Positions 1 through 9,777 of a DNA stretch of 64,000 bases are shown here, piece by piece; within the stretch, counting starts at the first letter, position 1; each line of letters opens with the position of its first letter. The notes beneath the pieces were generated by a model. That model was not told the origin of the DNA. It made no database searches and saw only the letters and a program-made list of their open reading frames with translations. The DNA is from Candidatus Latescibacterota bacterium (GTDB lineage: Bacteria > Latescibacterota > UBA2968 > UBA8231), in contig OZ241362.1 in NCBI GenBank assembly GCA_965200315.1, forward strand, positions 3,264,001 to 3,328,000. The letters run 5' to 3'. A program made the translations under genes and the position numbers.

Positions 1-2
1 AG

Positions 3-107
3 GTCCTTAAACCGATTCCATTTAACAGGAGTGTATGGCGAATTATGAATGCTTGGAACAGGTTACAACGACGTGAGCAGCCTGATCCAATTGATCCGCT
101 GGAGTAA
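3..107 (+). pseudogene. C-terminal remnant of a DUF4160-like toxin-antitoxin protein
   Basis: Frame reads ...MNAWNRLQRREQPDPIDPLE*, resembling the DUF4160 C-terminus (LMxNW...PxxIxPL), directly upstream of a DUF2442-like start; AT-richer than downstream DNA; runs to the window edge. Confidence 0.45.
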
Positions 108-113
108 AAGCTA

Positions 114-1667
114 ATGGAGTCTCTACTTACAAAACATAGAGTGACTGATTTTGAAATTATTGGTCCTTATAGGTTGCGTGTCTTTTTTGAGGATGATACG
201 TACCAAGAAATCAACTTTCGCCCGGTCTTGGTGGGATGGATGTATAGTCCATTGAAAAAGCTGTCCTTTTTCAACCAAGTCCTCCTAGCCACCCTCATCA
301 CCATCACCATCTCCATGACCTACTCCCGAGCCGATTCTGACCGCATCCAACCCTATTCTGCCAACCCGCGCTACTGGCAGTACAAAGGCCAACCCGTGCT
401 CCTGCTCGGCGGCAGCATCAAAGACTGCCTCTTCCAAATACCCGATCTCGAAGCTTATCTCGATCTGCTGCAATCGGTCGGCGGCAACTACGTGCGCAAC
501 ACCATGAGCGACCGCCGCTTCTACGGCTATGAGAGCAAAGCCTTCCACCAAGCAGCCGACGGCCTGTACGATCTCAACCGCTGGAATCCGACTTATTGGC
601 AGCGCTTTGCCGATTTTTTGCGCTGGACCGCCGAGCGCGATATCATCGTCCAAATAGAAATGTGGGATCGCTTTGACCACAGCCAACAACACTGGCAAGA
701 AGGCCCCTTCAATCCGGCCAACAATATCAATTATACCGTCGAAGAGTCGGGCCTCGAAACGGACTATCCCGTCCATCCCGGCGGCAACAGGCAGCCTTTC
801 TTCTACACGGTCCCCACCTTGCGCAACAACCAAGTCGTGCTGCCCTACCAACAGGCCTTTGTCGATCAAGTCCTCGAGCATTCCCTCGCCTACGATCACG
901 TGCTCTACTGCATGGACAACGAGACCAGCGGCGACCCAGCGTGGAGTGCCTATTGGAACGGCTATATCAAGGAGCGGGCGCAGCGGGCGGGCAAGACCAT
1001 TGAAACCACTGAAATGTGGGACGAATGGGACGTGCGGGGGCAGACTCATCGCGCCACCTTCGACCACCCAGAGCACTATTCTTTCATCGACATCTCGCAG
1101 AATAGCTGGCAGCGCGAGCAGACCAATTGGGACCACGCCCAGTGGGTGTGGCAGTACATTGCCGCACAGCCCCGGCCGATCAATTCGACCAAAATCTACG
1201 GTGCCCAGACGCATCGGGACCAAAGCCTCGGCATCGACGACCGCCACGCCACCGAGTGCTTTTGGCGCAACCTCATCGGCGGCTTGGCCTCCAGCCGCTT
1301 TCACCGGCCGGATTCCGGCCTCGGGCTAAGCCCCCAAGCCCAAGCCCACATTCGCAGCGGCCGCCTGCTGGCCGAGGTTTTCGACTTTTTTAGCGCCGAG
1401 CCGGATTCCGACAGCGCCCTGCTGAGCGACCGCACGGCCAACGGGGCCTATCTCAGCCGCGTCCCCGGCCGCCAGTACGCGCTCTACTTTACCGATGGCG
1501 GCACTGTGGGTCTCGACCTGCCCGAGTCAGCAGGCACCTTCCAAGTCCAATGGCTCGACATTGCGGCCAGCACTTGGACTTCCTCCGCCGACTTGGACGG
1601 TGGCGGCGTAGTGCAACTGGCCCCTCCCCAAGACGGCCCTTGGGTCGCCTTGCTGACGAGACGTTAA
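114..1667 (+). CDS. Chimeric ORF: truncated DUF2442-like N-terminus fused to a DUF6298/GH-like TIM-barrel protein with putative collagen-binding-type C-terminal domain
   Basis: aa 1-56 (VTDFEIIGPYRLRVFFEDD...INFRPVL.G.MY.PLK...FFNQV) DUF2442-like and AT-rich; from ~nt 280 GC-rich, signal-peptide core LLATLITITISMTYSRA then NPRYWQYKGQPVLLLGGS, DNET, and C-terminal YALYF..GG.V.LDL...W. Confidence 0.7.
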   Translation: MESLLTKHRVTDFEIIGPYRLRVFFEDDTYQEINFRPVLVGWMYSPLKKLSFFNQVLLATLITITISMTYSRADSDRIQPYSANPRYWQYKGQPVLLLGGSIKDCLFQIPDLEAYLDLLQSVGGNYVRNTMSDRRFYGYESKAFHQAADGLYDLNRWNPTYWQRFADFLRWTAERDIIVQIEMWDRFDHSQQHWQEGPFNPANNINYTVEESGLETDYPVHPGGNRQPFFYTVPTLRNNQVVLPYQQAFVDQVLEHSLAYDHVLYCMDNETSGDPAWSAYWNGYIKERAQRAGKTIETTEMWDEWDVRGQTHRATFDHPEHYSFIDISQNSWQREQTNWDHAQWVWQYIAAQPRPINSTKIYGAQTHRDQSLGIDDRHATECFWRNLIGGLASSRFHRPDSGLGLSPQAQAHIRSGRLLAEVFDFFSAEPDSDSALLSDRTANGAYLSRVPGRQYALYFTDGGTVGLDLPESAGTFQVQWLDIAASTWTSSADLDGGGVVQLAPPQDGPWVALLTRR

Positions 1668-1670
1668 ACA

Positions 1671-2609
1671 ATGAACCATAGCGACCGCGTCTTCTTCGGG
1701 CAGACCGATCTACAGGTCTCGCGCTTGTGCCAAGGCACTGCCTTCCGCCACCTGCCCCGCGCCGACAGCCCCCAGTCCCTCGCCGTGCTCCACCACTGCT
1801 TGGACCAAGGAGTCAACTTCTTCGACACGGCGCAGGCCTACGGCTGGGGTGGGGCCGAGGAAGTGCTGGGGCGGGCCATCGCGGGTCGACGCGACGAGGT
1901 CGTTATCTGCACCAAGGTTCCGGCTTCCCTGGCCCCCACAAGCGACGGTGAGCCCGGCGAGAGCGTCCGCTACACCCGCGCCCATCTCACCGACCGCCTC
2001 GAAGAAAGCCTCCGTCGCCTGCGCACCGACCGCGTTGACCTCTACCTTTTGCACCACCGCGACGCGGGCACACCGCCGGCAGCCATTGCCGAGGTCATGG
2101 AGGATTTGGTGCAGGCCGGCAAGACTCGCTATTGGGGCGTTTCCAACCATCGCGCCACCGAAGTCGAAGCCTTTCTCTCCCTAGCACCTATCGCTGGCGT
2201 CGAGGACTACTACAATATCGCCGGCAGCCACTGCGACGAAGCGGGGCGTTCGCGGGTGGATATTTACGACGAGGAAATGCTGCCCCTGCTGAGGCGCACC
2301 GGACTAGGCTGCCTAGCCTTCAGCCCAATGGACACCGGCCTGTTGGTCCGGCCCAACGACCCAGCCCTCGCCTCCTTAGTCGCCGCCATCGACCAAGTTG
2401 CCGCTGGCTTGGGCACCTCCCGCGCTGCCGTCTGCGTCGCTTGGGTTTTGCATCAGGGCCTTACCTGTGTGCTCGCTGGTGCCGAGAGCACCGCGCACGT
2501 CGACGCCAATCTCCAAGGTACCCGCCTCCAGCTTCCCGCGGATGTCCTTGCCGCCCTCGACCAAGCGCGCCGGACCTACCGCGCCAGCCAACAGGAGCAA
2601 TGCACGTGA
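1671..2609 (+). CDS. Aldo/keto reductase
   Basis: GVNFFDTAQAYG, ICTK, LEESLRRLRTDRVDLYLLH, GVSN motifs. Confidence 0.9.
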   Translation: MNHSDRVFFGQTDLQVSRLCQGTAFRHLPRADSPQSLAVLHHCLDQGVNFFDTAQAYGWGGAEEVLGRAIAGRRDEVVICTKVPASLAPTSDGEPGESVRYTRAHLTDRLEESLRRLRTDRVDLYLLHHRDAGTPPAAIAEVMEDLVQAGKTRYWGVSNHRATEVEAFLSLAPIAGVEDYYNIAGSHCDEAGRSRVDIYDEEMLPLLRRTGLGCLAFSPMDTGLLVRPNDPALASLVAAIDQVAAGLGTSRAAVCVAWVLHQGLTCVLAGAESTAHVDANLQGTRLQLPADVLAALDQARRTYRASQQEQCT

Positions 2610-3487
2610 ACATAGTCGATGCCCATATCCACGTTTGGTCCTCCGACTTCGCTCGGTATCCACTGGCCCCCGGCTTTACGCCTGCCGACCTGTGGTTGCC
2701 TTCTTTTACGCCTGCCGATCATTTTGCGTATAGCCGCAAGGTCGGCAAGGTCCGCCTCAACCTAGTACAAATGACCTGGTACGGCCTCGACCACCGCTAC
2801 ATCCTCGACCTGATCGCCGAGGACCCTAACACTTATACCGGCACCGGCATCGTCTCCGCAGTCTCGGACGTGTCGCTGGCCGACCCGGGCAAGACCATGC
2901 TCGCCCTAGCCGAGGGGGGCATTCGCGCTTTCCGCGTGCGCGGCGGCAAGACCGGTCGCCCAACCGCGTTTGGCCGTTCGGACCGCTGGCTCGACTATCC
3001 GGGCTACGAATCCATGTTCCGCACCGGGGCCGAGCACAATCTGGCCCTCAGCTTCCTCATGGGACTCGCAGACCTGCCCGGCCTAGTCCGCCTCTGTCGC
3101 CGCTTCCCCGCAACCCCCGTGATTCTCGACCATATCTGCGGAGTGCGCATCCGCGACGGCGTCTGGCCCGAAGGCGATATCCGTACCCTCTGCAACATGG
3201 CCCGCTACCCGCGCGTCATGGTCAAGCTCGGCCCGTTCCAAGCCCTCGGCAACGGCGAGGCCCCCTACCTCGACCTCCTGCCCCTCATCGAGCGTATCGT
3301 CGATGCCTTTGGCCCCGAACGCGTCATGTGGGAAAGCGACAGCGGCGGCCCCGTCCGCATGAAAAATCCCGCAACGGACTTTGCCGCGGCAATCGCCCTG
3401 ATCCGCGACCACGCCGATTTCCTCAGCCAACGCGACAAGGAGCAAATCCTAGTCAAAACAGCCGAAGACTTCTTCTTCGACCGCTAG
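2606..3487 (+). CDS. Amidohydrolase family protein (COG3618-like, possible sugar lactonase)
   Basis: DAHIHVW at N-terminus, ILDH, FGPERVMWESD; GTG start overlaps previous TGA (GTGA) with AGGAG RBS 8 nt upstream. Confidence 0.85.
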   Translation: MNIVDAHIHVWSSDFARYPLAPGFTPADLWLPSFTPADHFAYSRKVGKVRLNLVQMTWYGLDHRYILDLIAEDPNTYTGTGIVSAVSDVSLADPGKTMLALAEGGIRAFRVRGGKTGRPTAFGRSDRWLDYPGYESMFRTGAEHNLALSFLMGLADLPGLVRLCRRFPATPVILDHICGVRIRDGVWPEGDIRTLCNMARYPRVMVKLGPFQALGNGEAPYLDLLPLIERIVDAFGPERVMWESDSGGPVRMKNPATDFAAAIALIRDHADFLSQRDKEQILVKTAEDFFFDR

Positions 3488-3580
3488 GGATCAGCCGTAC
3501 GCTCCGCTTGATGGACCCTCTCCCATTCCGTACACTCCCTCGCAACTAGCCCACCCCACATCCCCAAAGGAGCCTCCATC

Positions 3581-4387
3581 GTGAAAATCGGCCTCTACGC
3601 TTCTATGTTCGGCAAAGACGATCCGCCCACTCTGCAGAGCATCGAGAGTTACATCGACCACGCCTACGATCTCCGTCTCGACTTGATCGACTTTCGCCGC
3701 GACCGCGGCTTTAGCTCCGAAGACGCCTCCTACCTCATCGAGACCAAACTCGCCTGCATCGAAAAGGGCCTTTCGATCGGCTATTTAGCTTCCGGGGGGC
3801 ACTTCGTCGGCAGCGACGAGGACCTGCGCGACAAGGTCGCCACCGCCAAGGCCGACATGGACATCGCGCTGATTTTGGGCGCGCCCATGATCCGCCTGTT
3901 CTGCGGCCAGCCCCTCACCGACCCAGCGGAGCGCGCCCGCGAAATCCGCTGCTTCCAAGCGGTGGCCGACTACGGCCTTGAAACAGGCATCGCCATCGGC
4001 TTGCAAAATCATCCCTCCACCGGCGACGACGTCATACGTATCATCGAGGAGACCGACCGGCCCAACTTCAGCTTCCTGCTCGACACCGGCCAGTGGTGCG
4101 GCTCGCCCGCCCGCAACCGAGGCATTCCCGACCCGGACCACGACATCTACGCCTACATGCAGCAGACTGCCCATCTGGCCACCCACGTCCGCGCCAAGTT
4201 CTACAAGATCGACAGCGGCAAGGAGGAGTGGATCGACTACGAGCGCATCGTCCCCATTCTCGCCGAGGCCGGATACAATGGGCCGCTCTCCGTTGTCTTT
4301 GAAGGCCAAGACATCAACGATTGCGACGACAAGGAAGTCATGCGCTTGGCGGCCGCCCAACTGCGGGATTTGGCCTCTCGGCTCTAA
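3581..4387 (+). CDS. Sugar phosphate isomerase/epimerase (xylose-isomerase-like TIM barrel)
   Basis: LGAPMIRLF, LQNH, LLDTG, HVRAK, GYNGPLSVVFEG; AAGGAG RBS. Confidence 0.85.
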   Translation: MKIGLYASMFGKDDPPTLQSIESYIDHAYDLRLDLIDFRRDRGFSSEDASYLIETKLACIEKGLSIGYLASGGHFVGSDEDLRDKVATAKADMDIALILGAPMIRLFCGQPLTDPAERAREIRCFQAVADYGLETGIAIGLQNHPSTGDDVIRIIEETDRPNFSFLLDTGQWCGSPARNRGIPDPDHDIYAYMQQTAHLATHVRAKFYKIDSGKEEWIDYERIVPILAEAGYNGPLSVVFEGQDINDCDDKEVMRLAAAQLRDLASRL

Positions 4388-4638
4388 GAAGCCCTAACAA
4401 AACCCGCTGGGCATTACAACACCTGAGCACGGAAATGGTGGCACCGCGATATCCTACTACTGTACACGTATGAGCAGAGAGGTTGAAGCCGCCGGAGGAC
4501 ACGGTGTGCACTGCCAAGACGATTGACGGCGTCAACGGCGACCACCTCCCATTGGCGCGGACCAAGTCGTGGCTGTAATGCAAGTGTCGATAGAAAGGTA
4601 AGACAGGATTTGGGAACTTGATCGCTTGCCGCGCACCG

Positions 4639-6078
4639 CTACGGGTGCAACCCCGTCGGCAAGGGGTGGTACTTCACCTCGACTTCTACATCTGTGACGC
4701 TCAGCGGACTCACCAAATCGTCCGGCCGCCCCACCAGCGCAATTTCCAAGCGGTTCGCCCCCTGCTGCGGCCGCACCTGCTGCAAGTCGAAAATCAGCCA
4801 CATGCCCTGATACGGGACGACCTTATAGCCGTACTCGCGGCGGCATATCTCGCCTTGCAGCGACTGGCCGTTGAGCGCGATCTCCAAGCGGTCGTCTGAG
4901 ACCAGATCGACGATTTTGATCCGCAAGAGCACCTGACTGACGCGGCCTTCTTGCGCGTCGTCGGCCAAGTAAAAGGGGATGGTATGCCGCGCTCGGTCAC
5001 TGGCCGCGATCTCGACCGGCAGCGCCACTGGGTACTGGTTGTCCTCATCCGCTGCCCGCCGCGCCAGCACGTAGTGCTTGTCCTTCTCCTGCATCAGATC
5101 TCGCCTGCCCAATTCGCTCAGCGCACTGCGCTCCTGGTCTCCTAAGGGCCAGGGCATAAACCACGCGTACAGCCCGTCACAGCCCCGGTCCAACAGACTC
5201 ACCGCCGCCGCCCGCAGTTGGGCCGGCGAGGGGCAAACCCGCTCGGCCCCAACCGACTCATCAGATACGTAGGGCTGCAAGGTGCCATAGACCGCTGCAT
5301 CGGCCGCGTGCGCCGCCTCGACCAGCCAATCTATCGGCATGTCCCCATCGAGGATCATATAGCCGTAGCGCATGGGTACTAGGAAATCCACCAACCCGCG
5401 CTCTAGCCAAGTCCGCACGTCCAAACCCTGCGCCCGGTTCATCTCCTCGGTAGGCAAAACACGCGCTCCGACCACGCCCGACCGCTGCTCGCGCACCCGC
5501 TCGGCGAGCTGCGCTACGTAGTCGGTCAAAATGGGCGTCGTCGCCTCCACATCCTCGGCCCGCAAAATGCGCGGTGCCCCGCCCGGCAGGGCAAAGTCCA
5601 GCTCAATGCCATCGGTTTCGTAGTCAGTCGTCAGTTCCTCAACGACTTGCAATATGTGCGCCCGCACCTCTGCATGCGCTAACCCGCCACCGCCATCGGC
5701 CAGCCTGTGGGCCGGGTCCATATTCCCGTAGGAGGCCATCCGCAAGCTGGCCCAGAAATCCATGCTATGGTCGTGTGCCCGGTCGATGAGCACCGTCAGC
5801 GGGTCGAGCCCGCGTGCGATCAGACTCTGCATGTTGTGCCAAGTGCGCCAATAGGCCGCTTGCTCAAAGGGCTGAATATCCGCTCCGAACATCATCCCCA
5901 CCCGCGACGGATAAAAAAGCCCATCGCCGCGCTCGACCCCGTAGGCAAACGTATCCACCCCCGTGCCTGCGACTTCGTCTATTGGCACCCAAGCGTCTTC
6001 GAGCACCATCGGCGGCTCAAAGGCAAAAAGGTAGTAGTGCCGGGCGTCGTTAAAGTAGATGGTGCGCTGCTGTCGCAC
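4639..6078 (-). CDS. Glycoside-hydrolase-like (GH10-like/GHL) TIM-barrel protein with C-terminal beta-sandwich
   Basis: YFNDARH, FWASLRM, YETDGIELDF, GLDVRTWLERGLVD, GCDGLY; GAGGAGG RBS. Confidence 0.6.
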   Translation of the reverse strand: MRQQRTIYFNDARHYYLFAFEPPMVLEDAWVPIDEVAGTGVDTFAYGVERGDGLFYPSRVGMMFGADIQPFEQAAYWRTWHNMQSLIARGLDPLTVLIDRAHDHSMDFWASLRMASYGNMDPAHRLADGGGGLAHAEVRAHILQVVEELTTDYETDGIELDFALPGGAPRILRAEDVEATTPILTDYVAQLAERVREQRSGVVGARVLPTEEMNRAQGLDVRTWLERGLVDFLVPMRYGYMILDGDMPIDWLVEAAHAADAAVYGTLQPYVSDESVGAERVCPSPAQLRAAAVSLLDRGCDGLYAWFMPWPLGDQERSALSELGRRDLMQEKDKHYVLARRAADEDNQYPVALPVEIAASDRARHTIPFYLADDAQEGRVSQVLLRIKIVDLVSDDRLEIALNGQSLQGEICRREYGYKVVPYQGMWLIFDLQQVRPQQGANRLEIALVGRPDDLVSPLSVTDVEVEVKYHPLPTGLHP

Positions 6079-6118
6079 GGCGTGTCCTCCTCATTTTAGG
6101 TGCTGCGGTATACCAAGA

Positions 6119-6757
6119 CTACACGTTACCCGGCTGTTGGTGTCGTGTAGTTTGGGCGAAGGTGCGTTCCCATGCTTGTGCGGCCAATGGCACAGTATTA
6201 CTCCCAGGGGCATCGAGGGCAATCCGCTGCGACAAAGACTGGATACTGAGGTGGATTGCCCGGCGGCCTCGATTGTATAGAGCCTGAACCAACAGGGCGC
6301 ATAGCTTATACGCTACGTACAGTATCAGAATGGGAGCACCGGTTATAATGTGCCAAAATACCGATAGTATCATGCGTTTATAAATATCCTGCACGAACTC
6401 CCTGTATTCTTCGTTGTGCAAGACCGCCAATTGAGCGTCCAGATCATCAGAAAAAGGCCGTTCTTCTCGCGGGTATTTCTTTAATCCCCAATAGGCCGTC
6501 AACAATCCCCAAGTACTCACCCGATGACCGTGGCGCAATAACCCATTGAGGGTTTGACGCATCGTTACATACGAGGGAGTATCTAAGGGAATGCCCATAC
6601 TGTGGGTTTTTATGAAAAGCGAATCTCGCAACACAAATAGCTTGTGTCGCAGTAGGTCAACCCGAAATTTGCGGTATCCCCAAAAGTAGATTATCCATCC
6701 AACTAGTACATAAATCACCAGCCTGATACCGGCGATCGTTTCCATTTCGGTAATCAT
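6119..6757 (-). CDS. Hypothetical membrane protein (2-3 hydrophobic segments)
   Basis: 212-aa ORF in lower-GC insert; start overlaps stop of upstream gene (ATGA). Confidence 0.75.
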   Translation of the reverse strand: MITEMETIAGIRLVIYVLVGWIIYFWGYRKFRVDLLRHKLFVLRDSLFIKTHSMGIPLDTPSYVTMRQTLNGLLRHGHRVSTWGLLTAYWGLKKYPREERPFSDDLDAQLAVLHNEEYREFVQDIYKRMILSVFWHIITGAPILILYVAYKLCALLVQALYNRGRRAIHLSIQSLSQRIALDAPGSNTVPLAAQAWERTFAQTTRHQQPGNV

Positions 6758-7182
6758 GGCTTGTCCTCCGGGTGTGTGTCTCCTGTTGCCGTTAGATTAC
6801 TAGATGTGCGGTTGGGATCTATGTGCTCTTCAAGTTCCTTTATATGTGCTGACCTATGCTTTGTGTTCTTTTTTCGCAGCTTGCGCTCTCTTATAGCCCA
6901 AAGAGTTGTACCACCTGTGAGCAAGTATAAGACGCCCCTGTCAAGTTTCAAGTCGGTAATAGCTTTGAGGGCTATGTCTGTAGCGGTAGTTTTGCCGGCT
7001 AGGCTATCTACTATTAGATACAAGCAGTAGAAACATGCAACGATACCTCCCCAACATATCAGCCTATTAAAAATCCCCCAGATAATGTCCCATTTTTTTT
7101 CGTACTTGGCCCATTCAAGTCCGACATTAAGTTGCGACCTTTCTGAAGAGTCTTCACCCTTGCGACGACGGCTCTTCGCCAT
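6754..7182 (-). CDS. Hypothetical two-TM protein with basic coiled-coil-like tail
   Basis: 142-aa ORF, AGGAG RBS, AT-rich upstream region, two hydrophobic helices then ERKLRKK...IKELE..IDPNRTSS. Confidence 0.75.
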   Translation of the reverse strand: MAKSRRRKGEDSSERSQLNVGLEWAKYEKKWDIIWGIFNRLICWGGIVACFYCLYLIVDSLAGKTTATDIALKAITDLKLDRGVLYLLTGGTTLWAIRERKLRKKNTKHRSAHIKELEEHIDPNRTSSNLTATGDTHPEDKP

Positions 7183-7239
7183 ATCTGCTCCTAACTAATA
7201 ATGTCATTAGTAAACATAATAATATTGTCAGGAAACAAC

Positions 7240-8121
7240 TCACTCCCCAACCAATCCTTCATGGGCGTAGTGCCAATCCTCCAAGTGATTGAGCAACACC
7301 CCTGAAGTCCACGTCGGGGGACGCTGCAAGGTAGCGTGGATTTCGGTCTGTTTGGCGGCGATGTGTTCGCGTTCAAGCAGGCGCTGGTTAAAGGCCGCCA
7401 CAGCCTCTTCCTCGATAGCACCTTCCCGCCGCACCCAAGCCTCGAATGCGAGATAGGTCGGCATCTCTTCGCGGAGAAACGCCAAGGCCGCGTCCTGATC
7501 CACCTGTAGGGTCTGCAAGCAGCGCTGGTCGAGGCTGCCCTCGGCGCAGTCGGGATAGTCGAGATGCAGCAGGTTCTTGCCGCGCAGGCAGGTCTTGAGC
7601 CAAGTACGGGGAAGCTGGCAGATGCCCAACGGGCCTCGGTCAATGCTGCTGAGAGTAGGGGCCACCGGCCCGGACAGACCCGGAGCACCGGGAGCGAAGA
7701 CGCGGCGGTGGAAAAGGTGCCAGTCCTGAAGGCAGTTGAGCAGCACGGCCGATACCTCGGTCGTCGCCTCCGGCGACCAGCCTATATCCCCATAGGTCTC
7801 GTCGACTTTGGCCGGGATATAGTGGGTGCGCTGCACCAGCGACTTGTTCCAGCGCGCGACGCGGGCGGACTCACAGGCACCTTCGGCGGTCACCCACTCC
7901 TCAAACTGTAGGTAACTAGGCCGCTGATCCCACAAAAAGCGCAGAGCGCGGTCTCGGTCGAGGCGCAGCACCTCCAGCACGTATTTGTCGAGACCGCCGC
8001 TGCAAAAGGGATAGTCTGCGTCGAGTTGACCGGCTTGGTGGAGGAGGTTTTTCCACCATAGACGCGGTAGCTGGGCCACGCCGAGCGGGCCTTGACAGAG
8101 AGTGCTGACCAATGGGATCAC
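7240..8121 (-). CDS. Tandem-duplicated DUF5069-like domain protein
   Basis: Two internal copies of GPLG..QLPR.W.K...DYP.C...LD...L..L..D.D.AL.FL....P.YL.FE.WV...VLLN.L.DWH..H; AAAGGAG RBS. Confidence 0.65.
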   Translation of the reverse strand: MIPLVSTLCQGPLGVAQLPRLWWKNLLHQAGQLDADYPFCSGGLDKYVLEVLRLDRDRALRFLWDQRPSYLQFEEWVTAEGACESARVARWNKSLVQRTHYIPAKVDETYGDIGWSPEATTEVSAVLLNCLQDWHLFHRRVFAPGAPGLSGPVAPTLSSIDRGPLGICQLPRTWLKTCLRGKNLLHLDYPDCAEGSLDQRCLQTLQVDQDAALAFLREEMPTYLAFEAWVRREGAIEEEAVAAFNQRLLEREHIAAKQTEIHATLQRPPTWTSGVLLNHLEDWHYAHEGLVGE

Positions 8122-8133
8122 AATGTACTCCTT

Positions 8134-8988
8134 TCAGGTGGCCGCCAACTCAAACAGCGGTGCATTCCCCTCGGCACGAGCCCGCAAGCCCTCCACTTCA
8201 GCGGCCGTGAGCGGCGCGAGACGGTCGGCCATGTCCAAGGCCATTTCAAAGAGGGGGGCCTCACCGGGCGGCAGGGCGGCCGTGATGGGCTGCGATAGGG
8301 CGAAGCGCAGGGCTAGTTCGGCTAGTTCCGGCTCGTCAATGGGATCGTACCAGCATTTGGCGTAGCGTTTGGGTGCCCCTTGGGGTAGGCGCGAGCGGGC
8401 CATGGCTTTGAGGGCTAAGCAGGCGGTGCCGCGCTCTTGAGCCTTGGCCACGACTTGGGGGCCGAAATCGGCTTGGAAGTAATTGACCCAGTTGACGGGG
8501 AACAGCACCGAGTCAAAGGGGAAATAGTCCAGCAGTTGCAAGGCTACTTCAGCCGAGTGGGCTGAAAAACCTATGTAGCGCACCAAGCCTTGATCGCGGG
8601 CCTCCACAAACGCCGCCAGGGCTCCGTCGGGGGCAGTAGCCGCGGCAAAATCCTCATCCGTGGTCATGGCGTGTAACTGGTACAGATCGAAGTGGTCGGT
8701 GCGCATGGTTTTGAGCGATTGGCGCAACTCGGCGGCAGCTCCATCCCGCGTGCGTTGGGTCGTCTTGCAGGCCAAGAATACATCGCTGCGATAGGGTTTT
8801 AGGGCTGGTCCCAGACGCCCCTCGGCGTTGCCATAGCTCGGAGCCACGTCAAAGTAATTGACGCCCCGCTCAACGGCTCGCCCCACCAAGCGGTCGGCCT
8901 CGCCCGCTTCCACTTGGCTGACGACGATGCCGCCGAATCCGATTACAGAGAGGTGTTCGCTAGTGGCACCGTAGTGACGTCGCTGCAT
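8134..8988 (-). CDS. Aldo/keto reductase
   Basis: GVNYFDVAPSYG, LACKT, TDHFDLYQLH, IGFSAH. Confidence 0.9.
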   Translation of the reverse strand: MQRRHYGATSEHLSVIGFGGIVVSQVEAGEADRLVGRAVERGVNYFDVAPSYGNAEGRLGPALKPYRSDVFLACKTTQRTRDGAAAELRQSLKTMRTDHFDLYQLHAMTTDEDFAAATAPDGALAAFVEARDQGLVRYIGFSAHSAEVALQLLDYFPFDSVLFPVNWVNYFQADFGPQVVAKAQERGTACLALKAMARSRLPQGAPKRYAKCWYDPIDEPELAELALRFALSQPITAALPPGEAPLFEMALDMADRLAPLTAAEVEGLRARAEGNAPLFELAAT

Positions 8989-9037
8989 GGATATTCTCCT
9001 ATTTTTCGGTGTAACAGATTTATAGTCGGGAGCTTAC

Positions 9038-9775
9038 TCAAACACCGTTTCGCCGCGCTTGTGTCCTAGATTTTGGCATTTGATCCCAAGTTTTATTGTC
9101 CAGCGTCCGGCCCGTCTTTTTCTTGAATACACCGCCCCACTGTTTAAAAAAGAACGGCACATCACTCCGCAGACAGAGGTCGCGGATGGATCGCACCCAG
9201 TCGGCTTCTATCGGTCGGGCACCCGGCCCAGATTCACCGCCGACGATAACCCAGTCAATTTCCGTCAAGTCCATATCATACAAAGGGCCGAGCAGAGGTT
9301 CGAGAGACAGAAACTTCGTCTTTGCCCCGGTTTCCTTGAGCCGTGCCATCCGTCCCAACCATCTTGAAGATTCAATACTTGTGCCAAGCCAGATATTCGG
9401 CGTCCAGTTCAGCCTTCCATCGAGCTGTGCAACGCGGGCCGGACGTTTGGTAAGCACTTGGAACGTATGCTGAGACGCCTCGTTCATGGTTGCAAATACT
9501 GATTCTATAAAGGCTGAGGGAACGGACTTATGAAACAGATCGGACATGGAATTGACGAATACTAGGCTAGGCTTCTTCCAGCTAATCGGCTCGCGCAGGG
9601 CTTCTGGGTGAACCGTAACCACAAATCCGTGTTTGTATTTTTTAGCCCCCATCGCTTGCAGCCGTTGCGACATCCTTTCGGCATAGCAATGCTCGCACCC
9701 ATGGCTGATCTTCGTGCAACCGGTCACCGGATTCCACGTAGTCTCGGTCCATTCGATTCTGGAGCGCGTGGACAT
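9038..9775 (-). CDS. DUF5131 / phage Gp37Gp68 family radical-SAM-like protein
   Basis: IEWT..TWNPVTGCTKISHGCEHCYA (CX6CX2C), FVNSMSDLFH, WVIVGGESG, FFFKQWGG. Confidence 0.92.
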   Translation of the reverse strand: MSTRSRIEWTETTWNPVTGCTKISHGCEHCYAERMSQRLQAMGAKKYKHGFVVTVHPEALREPISWKKPSLVFVNSMSDLFHKSVPSAFIESVFATMNEASQHTFQVLTKRPARVAQLDGRLNWTPNIWLGTSIESSRWLGRMARLKETGAKTKFLSLEPLLGPLYDMDLTEIDWVIVGGESGPGARPIEADWVRSIRDLCLRSDVPFFFKQWGGVFKKKTGRTLDNKTWDQMPKSRTQARRNGV

Positions 9776-9777
9776 AT

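Noticed and set aside
4384-4405. Possible IS5-like terminal repeat (CTAA-GAAGCCCTAACAAAACCC)
   Set aside because: No partner end or transposase in the window; resemblance is from memory only
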